A stretch of 64,000 nucleotides of DNA from Leptolyngbya sp. BL-A-14 (GTDB lineage Bacteria > Cyanobacteriota > Cyanobacteriia > Leptolyngbyales > Leptolyngbyaceae), in the NCBI GenBank assembly GCA_041937185.1, contig CP166621.1:2324571-2388570 (forward strand), in the 5' to 3' direction. A model generated the notes under the pieces. The model saw only the letters and a program-made list of their open reading frames with translations. It was not told the origin of the DNA and did not search any database. Below are positions 10,232 through 19,833 of the stretch, in pieces. Positions within the stretch are counted from its first letter, which is position 1. The number at the start of each line of letters is the position of its first letter. Both the position numbers and the translations under genes were made by a program.

Positions 10232-10303
10232 TGGGGCGTCGCCAAGTGGTAAGGCAGCGGGTTTTGGTCTCGCCATCCCTAGGTTCGAATCCTAGCGCCC
10301 CAG
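10232..10303 (+). tRNA. tRNA-Gln (anticodon TTG)
   Basis: Cloverleaf readable: acceptor TGGGGCG/CGCCCCA, D-arm GCCAAGTGGTAAGGC, anticodon loop tTTTGGt, T-arm GGTTCGAATCC. Confidence 0.85.
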
Positions 10304-10587
10304 TTTTTTCGAATATTCGGTGGGTTCAGTTCTCTTTCGCTGTTTGAAAGCTAGCTCGGCTGGACTGATCGCTCATCTTACTGCTCCAGCCAATCCCTAA
10401 ACTTAGCGAATAGAGGACTGGGGTTCGCCTTAGGGTAATCGTCTAGCGGCAAAGATCCTGACAAAACCCGTTCCGTATCAAATGATACATCTTTCTCGGA
10501 GATCTCTTGAAAGCTTTCAAGCAGCTTTCACATGTTGGGGGCGATCGCGCTATTCAGGGCGCTGCTATCGATCAAGCTTTGAGCTGA

Positions 10588-13452
10588 TTATCTCTTTACT
10601 CCATCGTAATTAGTGCCTCGTGAAGCCTGCGATTGAGTCGAACACTCTAGGGGCAATTGAACGTTGTTGTACAGTTTCGTTCCACTAGTTACCTTATTAA
10701 AGTAAATCTTAGGGTTCTTTCCTTTGAGTCCAAAATTCAAACTGATTGTCCCCCCAGGAGCTAAGTGCCGTGGCTTTAAGAACGTAGAGGGTTGGTTCGA
10801 TTTCCTCGGAGGCTGTGGTTTTCCGGACCTGCTCGAGGGCCGTAGTTTTTGGAGCATGCTTAAAGGGTTGCCGAGAACCCAGCTCCGTTGCGAGGAGGAC
10901 ACATTGTTCTCCCCGTCTTTCCTCAAGGTAGAAGATGAGGTTGGAGCTAGTTGCTTCGAAGAAGACTGATCTTTTGGTGAAGACGAATCACGCATCGGAA
11001 CACGGCAAATATCGTTCTGATAGATTCGATTAATCATCATCAATTTGCTCAAATCATAATAGTGTTTTGAACCATTAAATAGAGTAAAAAACTGCTCGTC
11101 TTTTGGTCTTTTCTTAAGGTCAAGCGTTAGATTTGTAATGTCTTCTCCAGTTGGAAGATCTTTTAAGGTAATGATGTAGCCGGATCTTTTCGTGTTTTTA
11201 GTGTCATCATTCTTAGTATCGTCTATCGCCAGTAGAATATTTTCGAACGTTTGATCTTGGTTGGCCACAAAGTCGATACCCAAAGACTTAATCAGACTTC
11301 GATCTGATTGATTACCTTTATTTTGATCAACCTCAATCTGTTCATCTTTATCAAAATGAATCTTCAGCCCCTTAGATGGCACACTGCCATCCTTTGGTTG
11401 AATACCTTCTACACTTGCTTTTGGTCGAATATCTTCTACACTTAACAAAAAGCCTGAGCCAGTCAAAAAGAAGGTAGAAGTATTTTTTTCTGTAGGGTTC
11501 GAAGATTTGCTAGTGATAGCATTGATGACAATCTTTTCATGCAAAGTGGTTTGCTCTTTATTGCTAGAGGTCTCGTTATTGCCAGCTATCTCATCAAGAG
11601 AAAAGTCCTTAACTAAATCATCTTGAGGGATAGAAGCAGTCGTTTTTGATTCTATATACTCCCGCAGTTCCTCAGTCCTATCTCTAAAAGCTTTTTTAAC
11701 TTTATTAGCTGTCTTTTGGTCTAGTTTTTTGAATTTTACGTCTTTTTCCAGCGCAGTCTGATATTCCAGCACAGTTGGGTATTCGTCTAGAGAAGTCTTC
11801 TTAAGGTCATTTCTTGCAGTTACTATCATCTCCGCAATCTTACCAGATATTTCTTCAAAGTCGGGGATATGATCGTTTGAGTCGTGATATTTGGTACTAT
11901 CTTTTAGTTGTGGAATCGACGGAGTCTTTTTTTGTAAATCTAAAGCATCTGTAATTTGTTTTTTATAATTCTCCTCAACCTGTTTTATATCTTCTCTAGC
12001 TTGTGATATGCCTGGTCTTGATGGAATTCTCATTACTATTTCAGCAATCTCTTTGTTAGTCTCGCCGAGCTTTTTTAAATCGATTCCAGTTTTAGGGACG
12101 CTAGTTTCAGGGTCTTTTATGCTATTTTGTCTATCGACTAATGCCTGAACTAACGAATCAAAAAGTCCCCCTATCCTTGAGTTATCACTATCGACTTTCT
12201 CTAGGTTACTTTCACGTGGCTCTGACGAAATTTGAAGTTGTCCTTCGGTTATATTGAATTCAACAGTATCTGAGTCTTGGCGCAAGGGGAATTTGAAGTA
12301 TTGCCCTTTAGGAAGGTCACGAAGAGAGAGTGGAAGCAGATCAATTTTGTCACCCTTTATACCACTATAAGTAATAGAGGAATCAGGAATACCTCCAGGT
12401 GTGTATGTCCATTCATAGTCGCTGGGTTCTGAAGTTGGAGAAGATGAAGGTGTTGCGGCAGTTGGAGAAGATGAAGGTGTTGCGGCAGTTGGAGACGATG
12501 AGGGTGTTGCTAGAGGTTGAGACTGTTTAGGCGTAGAAGATTTTGGCGATGCTGCAGTTGGAGAAGATGAAGGTGTTGCTGGAGGTTGGGATTGTTTAAG
12601 CGTAAACGTCACATAGCCTACTGTTTTAGGAGAATTGCTATCGTACACAGCTACCTGGTATGAACGATTCCACCACATTGGGCCCTTAATCGCTGTTGGC
12701 ACGAGAGTATGTCCGTCGGTAAGGCGACCTGTGTCATCAACTTTATAAACGCCCATCGTGTAGTACTCTTTGCGCTTTTGCATCGATTCAATGAGCAGTC
12801 CCAAAATCTCACCTGGCGACTGCTTGCGGATGGCTTTTGCCTCCTCTGATAGTTCATCCAGGCTTTGCAACGCAGAGTAGTAGGCAATATAGTTTTGTAT
12901 CGCACGGTTATTGTCAATTTCAACCGCCTTGGTTGCTCCCGGTTGAAAGGCTGCCGGAATCGATCTTCCCTTAAATGGTTGCCCTAAGAAGAGGCGTAAA
13001 CTGGCGATCGCCATCCCCTCGCATGCGCCCTCCTGGGTAATACTGTTTAGCTGCTTTGTTCGCCATGCGAGGGCGCTAGCGGTTAGAACACAAGTGTGGG
13101 GATTATCCACAATGAAGGTTCCCGGAAAGCAAACCGCGTCGGGCCCAAACATTTGAATCATATCCTCTGCTGTCAGAGAACCGTCTTCGAACTCTAGTTG
13201 CACCTCTTTTTTTTGATTTTGCTCCGTTGCGTTTTGAATCGCTTTCACTACATCGCCATTGTGAAACTTGAAGCCGTTTACGTTAGGATCAAAACCAATG
13301 TTGTATGTCGGATGATGCCACCATAAAACACTAAAAAACACCAAAAGACTGAGCAACACAGCACCAATCATTTGTTTGTGGGGAAGCAACCAAGTGGCAA
13401 CTAAATGTTTGCGACGATTCATAGCACCAACTAGCTGTTTGTAAGGATTCAT
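10588..13452 (-). CDS. large hypothetical membrane-anchored protein: N-terminal TM, Cys-containing domain, Pro/Thr/Ser-rich linker, and a Lys/Asp/Glu-rich C-terminal region encoded by AT-rich DNA
   Basis: 954-aa uninterrupted ORF; PT-repeat linker (…ATPSSSPTAATPSSSPTAATPSSSPT…); GC drops sharply from about 12.4 kb to the stop codon. Confidence 0.7.
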   Translation of the reverse strand: MNPYKQLVGAMNRRKHLVATWLLPHKQMIGAVLLSLLVFFSVLWWHHPTYNIGFDPNVNGFKFHNGDVVKAIQNATEQNQKKEVQLEFEDGSLTAEDMIQMFGPDAVCFPGTFIVDNPHTCVLTASALAWRTKQLNSITQEGACEGMAIASLRLFLGQPFKGRSIPAAFQPGATKAVEIDNNRAIQNYIAYYSALQSLDELSEEAKAIRKQSPGEILGLLIESMQKRKEYYTMGVYKVDDTGRLTDGHTLVPTAIKGPMWWNRSYQVAVYDSNSPKTVGYVTFTLKQSQPPATPSSSPTAASPKSSTPKQSQPLATPSSSPTAATPSSSPTAATPSSSPTSEPSDYEWTYTPGGIPDSSITYSGIKGDKIDLLPLSLRDLPKGQYFKFPLRQDSDTVEFNITEGQLQISSEPRESNLEKVDSDNSRIGGLFDSLVQALVDRQNSIKDPETSVPKTGIDLKKLGETNKEIAEIVMRIPSRPGISQAREDIKQVEENYKKQITDALDLQKKTPSIPQLKDSTKYHDSNDHIPDFEEISGKIAEMIVTARNDLKKTSLDEYPTVLEYQTALEKDVKFKKLDQKTANKVKKAFRDRTEELREYIESKTTASIPQDDLVKDFSLDEIAGNNETSSNKEQTTLHEKIVINAITSKSSNPTEKNTSTFFLTGSGFLLSVEDIRPKASVEGIQPKDGSVPSKGLKIHFDKDEQIEVDQNKGNQSDRSLIKSLGIDFVANQDQTFENILLAIDDTKNDDTKNTKRSGYIITLKDLPTGEDITNLTLDLKKRPKDEQFFTLFNGSKHYYDLSKLMMINRIYQNDICRVPMRDSSSPKDQSSSKQLAPTSSSTLRKDGENNVSSSQRSWVLGNPLSMLQKLRPSSRSGKPQPPRKSNQPSTFLKPRHLAPGGTISLNFGLKGKNPKIYFNKVTSGTKLYNNVQLPLECSTQSQASRGTNYDGVKR

Positions 13453-13540
13453 ATCGTCTCCACGAGCGTATTTTATTGCCAGTCTAAAGAGCCATTACGA
13501 CCTAAAAGTGAATCGTGCTTAGAGTCTATTTTCTTGTTAG

Positions 13541-16414
13541 TTATTTCTTGTTGACTATCGTTTTGATGTCATTGCAGAACTTACCCTCTGCTGAGTGCGG
13601 GTTGGCGACGAAATAGTCTTGTAGCCAATGGCAGCTACGCGCAAGCAAGAGATCAGGGTCTAGTTCCCATAGGATGAGGGTTTTATCATTACTAGCTGAG
13701 ACGATCGCTTCACCATTGGGGCTAAAGCCGATACTCTGCACGACGTCGCGATGCCCTTTGTATGTGCTGAGGAGTTGTCCATTCTGGCGACTCCAAAAGC
13801 GTACTGTACCGTCTACCCCTGCAGAGGCAAGGATTTGACCATCGGGGCTAAAACTGACATCAAGCACCTGTCCGAAATGTCCTCTCAAGATCTGTAACTC
13901 TCGCCCATCAGAGACCTTCCAGAGTTTGATTGTGCTGTCCTCACTACTAGAAGCAAGGGTTTGACCATCCGGGCTAAAACTGAGGTTCCAAATCTCACCC
14001 CTGTGCCCTTTAAAGGTGCGAATCTCGTGTCCATTCAACTGCCACAGCTTGATTGTGGTGTCATCGCTGGCTGAAGCCAACATTGTGCCATCGGGGCTAA
14101 AGCGAACACCCTCAACCTGGGCAGTGTGTCCTTTAAAGGTGCTCAGTACCTGTCCTTCTAAGTTCCAAAGTTTGACCGTTTTATCTTCCCCCCCGGAGGC
14201 GATCTTCTTTCCGTCTGGACTAAAGCTCACGCTCCAAACACCTCCCTTGTGCCCCTTCAAGGTTTTTAATACCTGGCCATCACTACTCCAAAGTTTAATG
14301 GTGCCATCGCCACTGGCAGATGCCATCGTTTGACTATTTGGGCTAAAGCTCACAGAGACAACCCGTTCTTGGTGCCCCTTCAGGGTCTTCAGAGCTTGAC
14401 CGCGAGCGTTCCACAGTTTAAGCGTCTTATCCTTACTGGCTGAAGCAATCAGCCTACTATCAGGGCTAAAGCTGACGCTGCGAACTTCGTCGCTATGCCC
14501 TTTAAGCATTTGGAGCGCTTGCTGATGCAAATTCCAAACTTGCACATTGCCATCGGTGCCAACCGATGTCAACGTTCGTCCATCGGGGCTAAAACTGGCA
14601 CTCTTCGCCGCATTGCTATGACCTCTAAAGGTTCCCAGCATCTTTCCATCCAGCGCTTGTAATCGAATGGTGCCGTCATCTCCTGTGGCAGCAATCACTT
14701 TGCTGTCGGGACTAAAATTCACCCCCTCAATTGGAGCCATGAATCCTATCAGCGTTCTCAACGGGACTCCATTTACGCTCCAAAGCTTGACGGTTTTATC
14801 CTTGCTGCCAGAAGCAATCCATTTGCCATCGGGGCTAAAGCAGACGGTGTAAACAGCATCACTGTGAGCCGGGATTATTTTCAAGACCTTTCCGTTTAAC
14901 CGCCATAGACGGATGGTTCTGTCATCACTGCCAGAAACTAGCGTTTGCCCGTTGGGGCTAAAGCTGACACTTTCAACTAAATCACGATGCCCTTTCAAAG
15001 TGCGGATTGGCTGCCCAAAGGACTGAGGTGATCCCGTACGCTCGACTGCCCAGAGACGGATGGTGTGATCGGCACTGGCCGATGCAAGGGTTTTACCGTT
15101 GGGGCTAAAACTCACGCTATATACTGTATCGGTATGCCCCTTCAGCGTTTTCAGCAAGGTGCCATCCGCCCTCCAGAGTTTGATGGTATTGTCCTTGCTT
15201 CCCGAGGCCAGCATCTGTCCGTTGGGGCTGAAGCTCACACTGCGAATTTCATCGCGATGCCCTGGTAGCGATCGTAGTTTTTGACCCTTACGGTTCCATA
15301 GTTCGATCGTTTGATCGCCAGCTACTGCCAGCGTTTGCCCATCGGGGCTCAAGCTAACGCTATACAAACGAGCGTTTTGCCCTGTGAAGGAGTTCTGTTG
15401 ATGTACGCCATACACCACCTGCTGTAGGGCACTAATGGCTCGCATGCGGGTGTCTGGGGTGATCTTGTCTTCCCATTGTTTGAGCTGTTGCCCCATGCGG
15501 ATGCTACCCAACAGCGCTTCGATGTCTAACCCTGACTTCAGGTTGCTTTCCACAATTAAGCTTTGGGCAGTAATCGTTTCATTGGCAGACTGTTTTTCGG
15601 CAATGGCCTTCGCTTCAATGGCTTCGTGTCGTTGTTGCAACGCCATGATGGTTGAGCCAATGGCCATTAGCAAGCCAGCCGAAACACAGACCAGTGCAGT
15701 TCTCTGTAGCCTATTTCTGGCTTTTTGCCGTGCCGTTTCAGCTTGACGGCTGGCACTGATGTAAGCGCCATGCAGTTTCGTCGGTTCCGGTTGTTTAGCC
15801 GTCTGTTGAAACATCCATTGCGCGGCTTCCTCCAGGTCGTCACCCTGCAGCAAACAGCTCTCATTGCGCTGCTTCTTCTCCCACTCGATCGCCCGCATCA
15901 GTAATCGAGCATGCTTACGGGCATGATCCAGGTCGGTTTCGATCGCCTTCAACAGCTTTTGGAATGCTTGATTGAAATCGTCCGTCTCCCGAAAAAACAG
16001 CCAGTTATGACGGCTAATCGCAGGATGGATATCTGCCGCACTAAACCCTTCTCGCCAGACCAGCGGCACCAACCGCTTCTGGTGGGCAACAGCATAATCC
16101 ACCTCCTGACGGCACACCTCCGAGGCGATCGAATCAGGACTGATCACAAAGACAAAGGTACTGGCGGCTTCAATGCCTGCTTTAATGGCTTCCCACCAAT
16201 CCTCAGTGGGTTGAATATCGTCCCAATCAATCCACGGATCATGGTTGTGTTTGCGAAACGTCGCATCCAGGATACGCACGAAGTCTATGTCTCTACGACA
16301 GTAAGAGATAAAGATTTCATTGACTTGTTCGCCTACTCTTTGATCGTCTACGCCAGTGGCAGATGCTGTAGCTCGATCGTTGTTAGTCACAGAGGAACCA
16401 TCTGTAACCGTCAT
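13541..16414 (-). CDS. TIR domain-TM helix-WD40 repeat (about 14 repeats) protein
   Basis: N-terminal TIR (FISYCRRD…FVISPDSIASEVCRQEV, conserved Glu present); hydrophobic segment RTALVCVSAGLLMAIGSTIMAL; many GH…WD units; ATG at 16414 preceded by GAGGGG. Confidence 0.85.
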   Translation of the reverse strand: MTVTDGSSVTNNDRATASATGVDDQRVGEQVNEIFISYCRRDIDFVRILDATFRKHNHDPWIDWDDIQPTEDWWEAIKAGIEAASTFVFVISPDSIASEVCRQEVDYAVAHQKRLVPLVWREGFSAADIHPAISRHNWLFFRETDDFNQAFQKLLKAIETDLDHARKHARLLMRAIEWEKKQRNESCLLQGDDLEEAAQWMFQQTAKQPEPTKLHGAYISASRQAETARQKARNRLQRTALVCVSAGLLMAIGSTIMALQQRHEAIEAKAIAEKQSANETITAQSLIVESNLKSGLDIEALLGSIRMGQQLKQWEDKITPDTRMRAISALQQVVYGVHQQNSFTGQNARLYSVSLSPDGQTLAVAGDQTIELWNRKGQKLRSLPGHRDEIRSVSFSPNGQMLASGSKDNTIKLWRADGTLLKTLKGHTDTVYSVSFSPNGKTLASASADHTIRLWAVERTGSPQSFGQPIRTLKGHRDLVESVSFSPNGQTLVSGSDDRTIRLWRLNGKVLKIIPAHSDAVYTVCFSPDGKWIASGSKDKTVKLWSVNGVPLRTLIGFMAPIEGVNFSPDSKVIAATGDDGTIRLQALDGKMLGTFRGHSNAAKSASFSPDGRTLTSVGTDGNVQVWNLHQQALQMLKGHSDEVRSVSFSPDSRLIASASKDKTLKLWNARGQALKTLKGHQERVVSVSFSPNSQTMASASGDGTIKLWSSDGQVLKTLKGHKGGVWSVSFSPDGKKIASGGEDKTVKLWNLEGQVLSTFKGHTAQVEGVRFSPDGTMLASASDDTTIKLWQLNGHEIRTFKGHRGEIWNLSFSPDGQTLASSSEDSTIKLWKVSDGRELQILRGHFGQVLDVSFSPDGQILASAGVDGTVRFWSRQNGQLLSTYKGHRDVVQSIGFSPNGEAIVSASNDKTLILWELDPDLLLARSCHWLQDYFVANPHSAEGKFCNDIKTIVNKK

Positions 16415-16678
16415 AGCGTCACCCCTCAAGCAGCACAAACGTGATTTCAGCGGATTCTAGTCGAGTACACCCTGATCTTGTAGGGAAGGGTGTCGAGTAT
16501 CAAGTATGGTGAATGCAAATGAAATTAACAGAGTGTTTTGGGACGGTGCTAATGTTCGACGTTGGGATCGTGGTTTTAACTGTCACACAAACTTACCTAA
16601 GCAATTTACTTTACTTAGAATATATCTGACAAGTTAAAATTGTTATCCGAATCCTTGAGCTTTACGGGCTTGACACTC

Positions 16679-17077
16679 TTACCGAACGCGATTGGAGCGC
16701 ACCATCAGGTTAAGCAGATGTTCGGTGACATCCGGTAGATGCTTGCACAAGCCTGTATGCACTCGTGATGTTTGAATGATGGTGCTACGGGGTGCAACCA
16801 GCCAATGGAAGCGTTCTCGCATGGGTAGCTGACCGATCGCACCAGCCGCTTTACCACCAGCACACACCACTGGAATCACAGCCAGATAGTCTCGAATGAG
16901 GTCTAGATCCAGCGTGGCGTCGAGTGCTAGCAAGCGTGCCTCATCAAGCTCAATGCGAGCCTCAAGAAAGCGGTTGCTGGCACAGGAAACAATCACGCCC
17001 ACATTGATAAACTCTTCACGCTCAACCTTGGGGACGACGCGAATGATGGCGTAGTCATAGGTGAAGTGATCGGGCAC
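16679..17077 (-). CDS. DUF3037-family protein
   Basis: 132 aa; start overlaps the upstream kinase-like gene by 23 nt. Confidence 0.65.
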   Translation of the reverse strand: MPDHFTYDYAIIRVVPKVEREEFINVGVIVSCASNRFLEARIELDEARLLALDATLDLDLIRDYLAVIPVVCAGGKAAGAIGQLPMRERFHWLVAPRSTIIQTSRVHTGLCKHLPDVTEHLLNLMVRSNRVR

Positions 17078-17837
17078 GCAGGGCTTCCTCCAGAAACGCG
17101 TGGGGTGTTTCTAATCGTCTCACCAAATATTCAATGAAAGCGTCCCGGTATTGGTTTGCGTCAGCAAAGGGAGTGCTGTCTAGCAGCCAGCTATCAGGAA
17201 TCAGTTGCACAATCTGGTCGATGAGAGTGGGCGTCAGTTTTGCGGTGAGCGTTTCATCGGCTGCTGGCAGTTCAGTTGCAAAGCGAAGCAACACGTGATC
17301 TTTAATGGCCGCAAAAGCTACCTGGCTACGATCGCGGTAGTTTTGCCAGGTGTGATGGAAGTACAGCGCGGCTCCGTGGTCGATCAGCCACAGGTTTCGG
17401 TGCCAGACCAGCATATTGGCATTGCGGGGAGTGCGATCGATGTTGGTGACGTAGGCATCAAACCAGACGATCGCAGACGCAAGATGCGCTTCAGCCTGCC
17501 CTGCGATCGGGTCAAAGGTCACTGAGCCAGGGAGGTAATCCAACGCAAGGTTCAGTCCCGCACTGGCCCGGATCAGGTCTTGAATTTCGGGGTCTGGTTC
17601 CGTACGAGCCAGGTCAGGGTCGAGCAGCACAAAAACAATTTCGGGAACGGGCAACCCGACTGCACGCGCAATTTCTCCGGCGACCAGTTCGGCAATCAGT
17701 GCCTTGGCTCCCTGTCCCGCGCCCCGAAACTTCAGCACATACATCCCATCGTCGTCAGCTTCAATAATGGCAGGCAGGGAGCCACCTTCACGCAGTGGGG
17801 TTACATATCTCGTCGCTACGACTGTTCGCAAGTTCAT
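17055..17837 (-). CDS. HipA-like / PI3-4-kinase-like atypical kinase (HipA_2-type, partner of DUF3037)
   Basis: 260 aa; catalytic-loop-like IDRTPRNANML and metal-binding-like LIDHG. Confidence 0.65.
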   Translation of the reverse strand: MNLRTVVATRYVTPLREGGSLPAIIEADDDGMYVLKFRGAGQGAKALIAELVAGEIARAVGLPVPEIVFVLLDPDLARTEPDPEIQDLIRASAGLNLALDYLPGSVTFDPIAGQAEAHLASAIVWFDAYVTNIDRTPRNANMLVWHRNLWLIDHGAALYFHHTWQNYRDRSQVAFAAIKDHVLLRFATELPAADETLTAKLTPTLIDQIVQLIPDSWLLDSTPFADANQYRDAFIEYLVRRLETPHAFLEEALRARSLHL

Positions 17838-17927
17838 TGAGTAGAGCGGCTCCGTAGCTTTGTTTAAATGAAGAGCGTTGCTTGATCAAAGGCTAGCGCT
17901 TCTTATGCGTACTGTTGGAGTGATTGG

Positions 17928-18701
17928 TTAGTAATCACTGAGATTGCCGTGGCGTTTGGTTTGGCGTTCTGCCCAACGGAAGAGCAGTAGACCGATCGCA
18001 AAATACACGCCTCCATTCACCACAGCCACACCCATCTGAGAGAGATCCAACGGGTGCTGTCGCGCCATCACATCTCGCAATAGTCCTGCACCGGGACTCA
18101 TCGGCAAAAGGTTGCCTAAAAGGCGCATACGGCCTGTCCATTCTTCGGTGGGTACACTCAGCAGAAACAGGAGTGCAAACTGAAAGATCCCCAGCACCTG
18201 TTGAATCCGCTTGACGATGAGTGCTAAAGACCCGATCGCAAACGACAGCCCATAAGCGCCCAGCAGCACTGTCAGCAGCGGGAACCAGAGGCTGAGGGGA
18301 AAGGCAAGCCAGCGGCCGGTCAACGCCATGATGATCACGACGATCGCGGCAATCAACCCCGATTGCAAGAGTAAATCAGCAACTGCCCGCAAAAGAAACA
18401 CCTGCGAGGCACTGAAAGGCGAGATGAAGAGCTGTTCTAGTGTCCCTGTCTGAGCTTCGCGCTGTAGCGTGCCAGAAATGTTCGCCATGATGAACAGCAC
18501 CAGCGTCCAAAGCACGTAACCTACGATGATGGCATCCAATCGACTGCCAAATTGCAACCCCGGCCCCGCAATATAGTTGGCGCTAAGAAAGAGACCGTAA
18601 AACACTGAAGTTGAAATGACAATGCCGCCGATCGACTCAAAGAGGTAACGCTTTAATTGAATGCTTGCTCGCGTTAATTCTGCAAAAAAAAGTTCAAGCA
18701 T
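17928..18701 (-). CDS. ABC-2 type transporter permease
   Basis: 257-aa six-TM protein; overlaps the upstream ABC ATPase. Confidence 0.75.
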   Translation of the reverse strand: MLELFFAELTRASIQLKRYLFESIGGIVISTSVFYGLFLSANYIAGPGLQFGSRLDAIIVGYVLWTLVLFIMANISGTLQREAQTGTLEQLFISPFSASQVFLLRAVADLLLQSGLIAAIVVIIMALTGRWLAFPLSLWFPLLTVLLGAYGLSFAIGSLALIVKRIQQVLGIFQFALLFLLSVPTEEWTGRMRLLGNLLPMSPGAGLLRDVMARQHPLDLSQMGVAVVNGGVYFAIGLLLFRWAERQTKRHGNLSDY

Positions 18702-19650
18702 GGAGGTCTCCGATCGCCTGGTTTGGGGAAGCAGTTGTTTGGGTCAACTTCAAGAAAATGTCCGTTAGGGTGGCTCGCTCCGTTTCAAGCCGCGCGATCG
18801 GCAGAGGGTCCAAAATCGCCAGTGCCGGATAGAGCAACGTCGGATCGGAAATGTGGATCGTTGCACCTTCAACCAGCACACCGAGATTGCTCAACTTCAT
18901 GCGGCGATCGTCTGGCAACTCCGGCAGTTCTACCCGGTACACCGCTCTAGAAAACTGCTGAATCAATGCTTCGGTCGCTTGCTCTGTGACAATGCTCCCC
19001 TGATTGATAATGGCAACGCGATCCGATAGTTCCTCCGCAATATCAAGCTGGTGCGTCGTCAAGAGAATTGCTCGTCCTTCGCTGGCGATCTCACGGACTA
19101 AGCGTTTAACGGTTTGCGTCGCTTCTACATCTAAACCCAGAGTGGGCTCATCTAAGAGCAGCAGTGGTGGTTCGTGGATGAGTGCCACTGCGATCGCCAC
19201 TTTTTGCTGCATCCCTCGCGACAGCTTTTGCACTCTCGTTGTACTTTTGTGGCTTAGCTCAAAGCGATCGAGCAAAACCCGCGATCGCTGTCGTGCGACC
19301 CGTTGCGACAAACCTCGCAGAACGCCGAAGTACTCCAGATTTTCCGCTGGAGTGAGTCGCCAGTAAAGATTACGGCTCCCTTCTAAAACAGCCCCGACCG
19401 ATCGTAGAGCCTGGGCATCTCGGTGTGGGTCGCGTCCGGCAATGCTGACAGTCCCGCGATCGGGCAACACCAAGCCCGCAATCATTTTAATGGTCGTCGT
19501 TTTACCCGCCCCATTGGGTCCCAGGAATGCAAGCACCTGGTTTGCATCAATTTGAAGCGATACATCCTGCACAGCCTGCGTAGTCTTTCCCTGAGCGCGG
19601 TAGGACTTATGCAAATGCCGGACTTCAAGCAAAGACATCACCCACCCCAA
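18694..19650 (-). CDS. ABC transporter ATP-binding protein (ABC-2/DrrA-like)
   Basis: Walker A GPNGAGKTT, signature LSRGMQQK, Walker B LLLLDEPT. Confidence 0.85.
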   Translation of the reverse strand: MGWVMSLLEVRHLHKSYRAQGKTTQAVQDVSLQIDANQVLAFLGPNGAGKTTTIKMIAGLVLPDRGTVSIAGRDPHRDAQALRSVGAVLEGSRNLYWRLTPAENLEYFGVLRGLSQRVARQRSRVLLDRFELSHKSTTRVQKLSRGMQQKVAIAVALIHEPPLLLLDEPTLGLDVEATQTVKRLVREIASEGRAILLTTHQLDIAEELSDRVAIINQGSIVTEQATEALIQQFSRAVYRVELPELPDDRRMKLSNLGVLVEGATIHISDPTLLYPALAILDPLPIARLETERATLTDIFLKLTQTTASPNQAIGDLHA

Positions 19651-19707
19651 AAACAGCCTTGTTACAAAAGCGTAACAAATAAGCTGGTGCGATCGTCGTC
19701 AGCGGTC

Positions 19708-19767
19708 GCTAGAGGCTGTCATCAATTAAAGCTACATGTACTTGCAGGAAGGGTTCCAGCCTCTAGC
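19708..19767. repeat. 60-bp miniature inverted-repeat element with 11-bp termini GCTAGAGGCTG/CAGCCTCTAGC
   Basis: Perfect 11-bp inverted repeats; the termini share TAGAGGCTG with the IS5-family IS ends at 2603-2611. Confidence 0.45.
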
Positions 19768-19833
19768 CTGATGGGTTGGAGCGGGCGCGACACTGCTGAT
19801 ACCAAAGGTTTCAGAGCTAATTGATGACGCGCC

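Noticed and set aside
14016-15284. Several 60-105-aa plus-strand ORFs inside the TIR-WD40 gene
   Set aside because: Antisense shadows created by the periodic WD40 repeat DNA; the translations are repetitive, low-complexity mirror images
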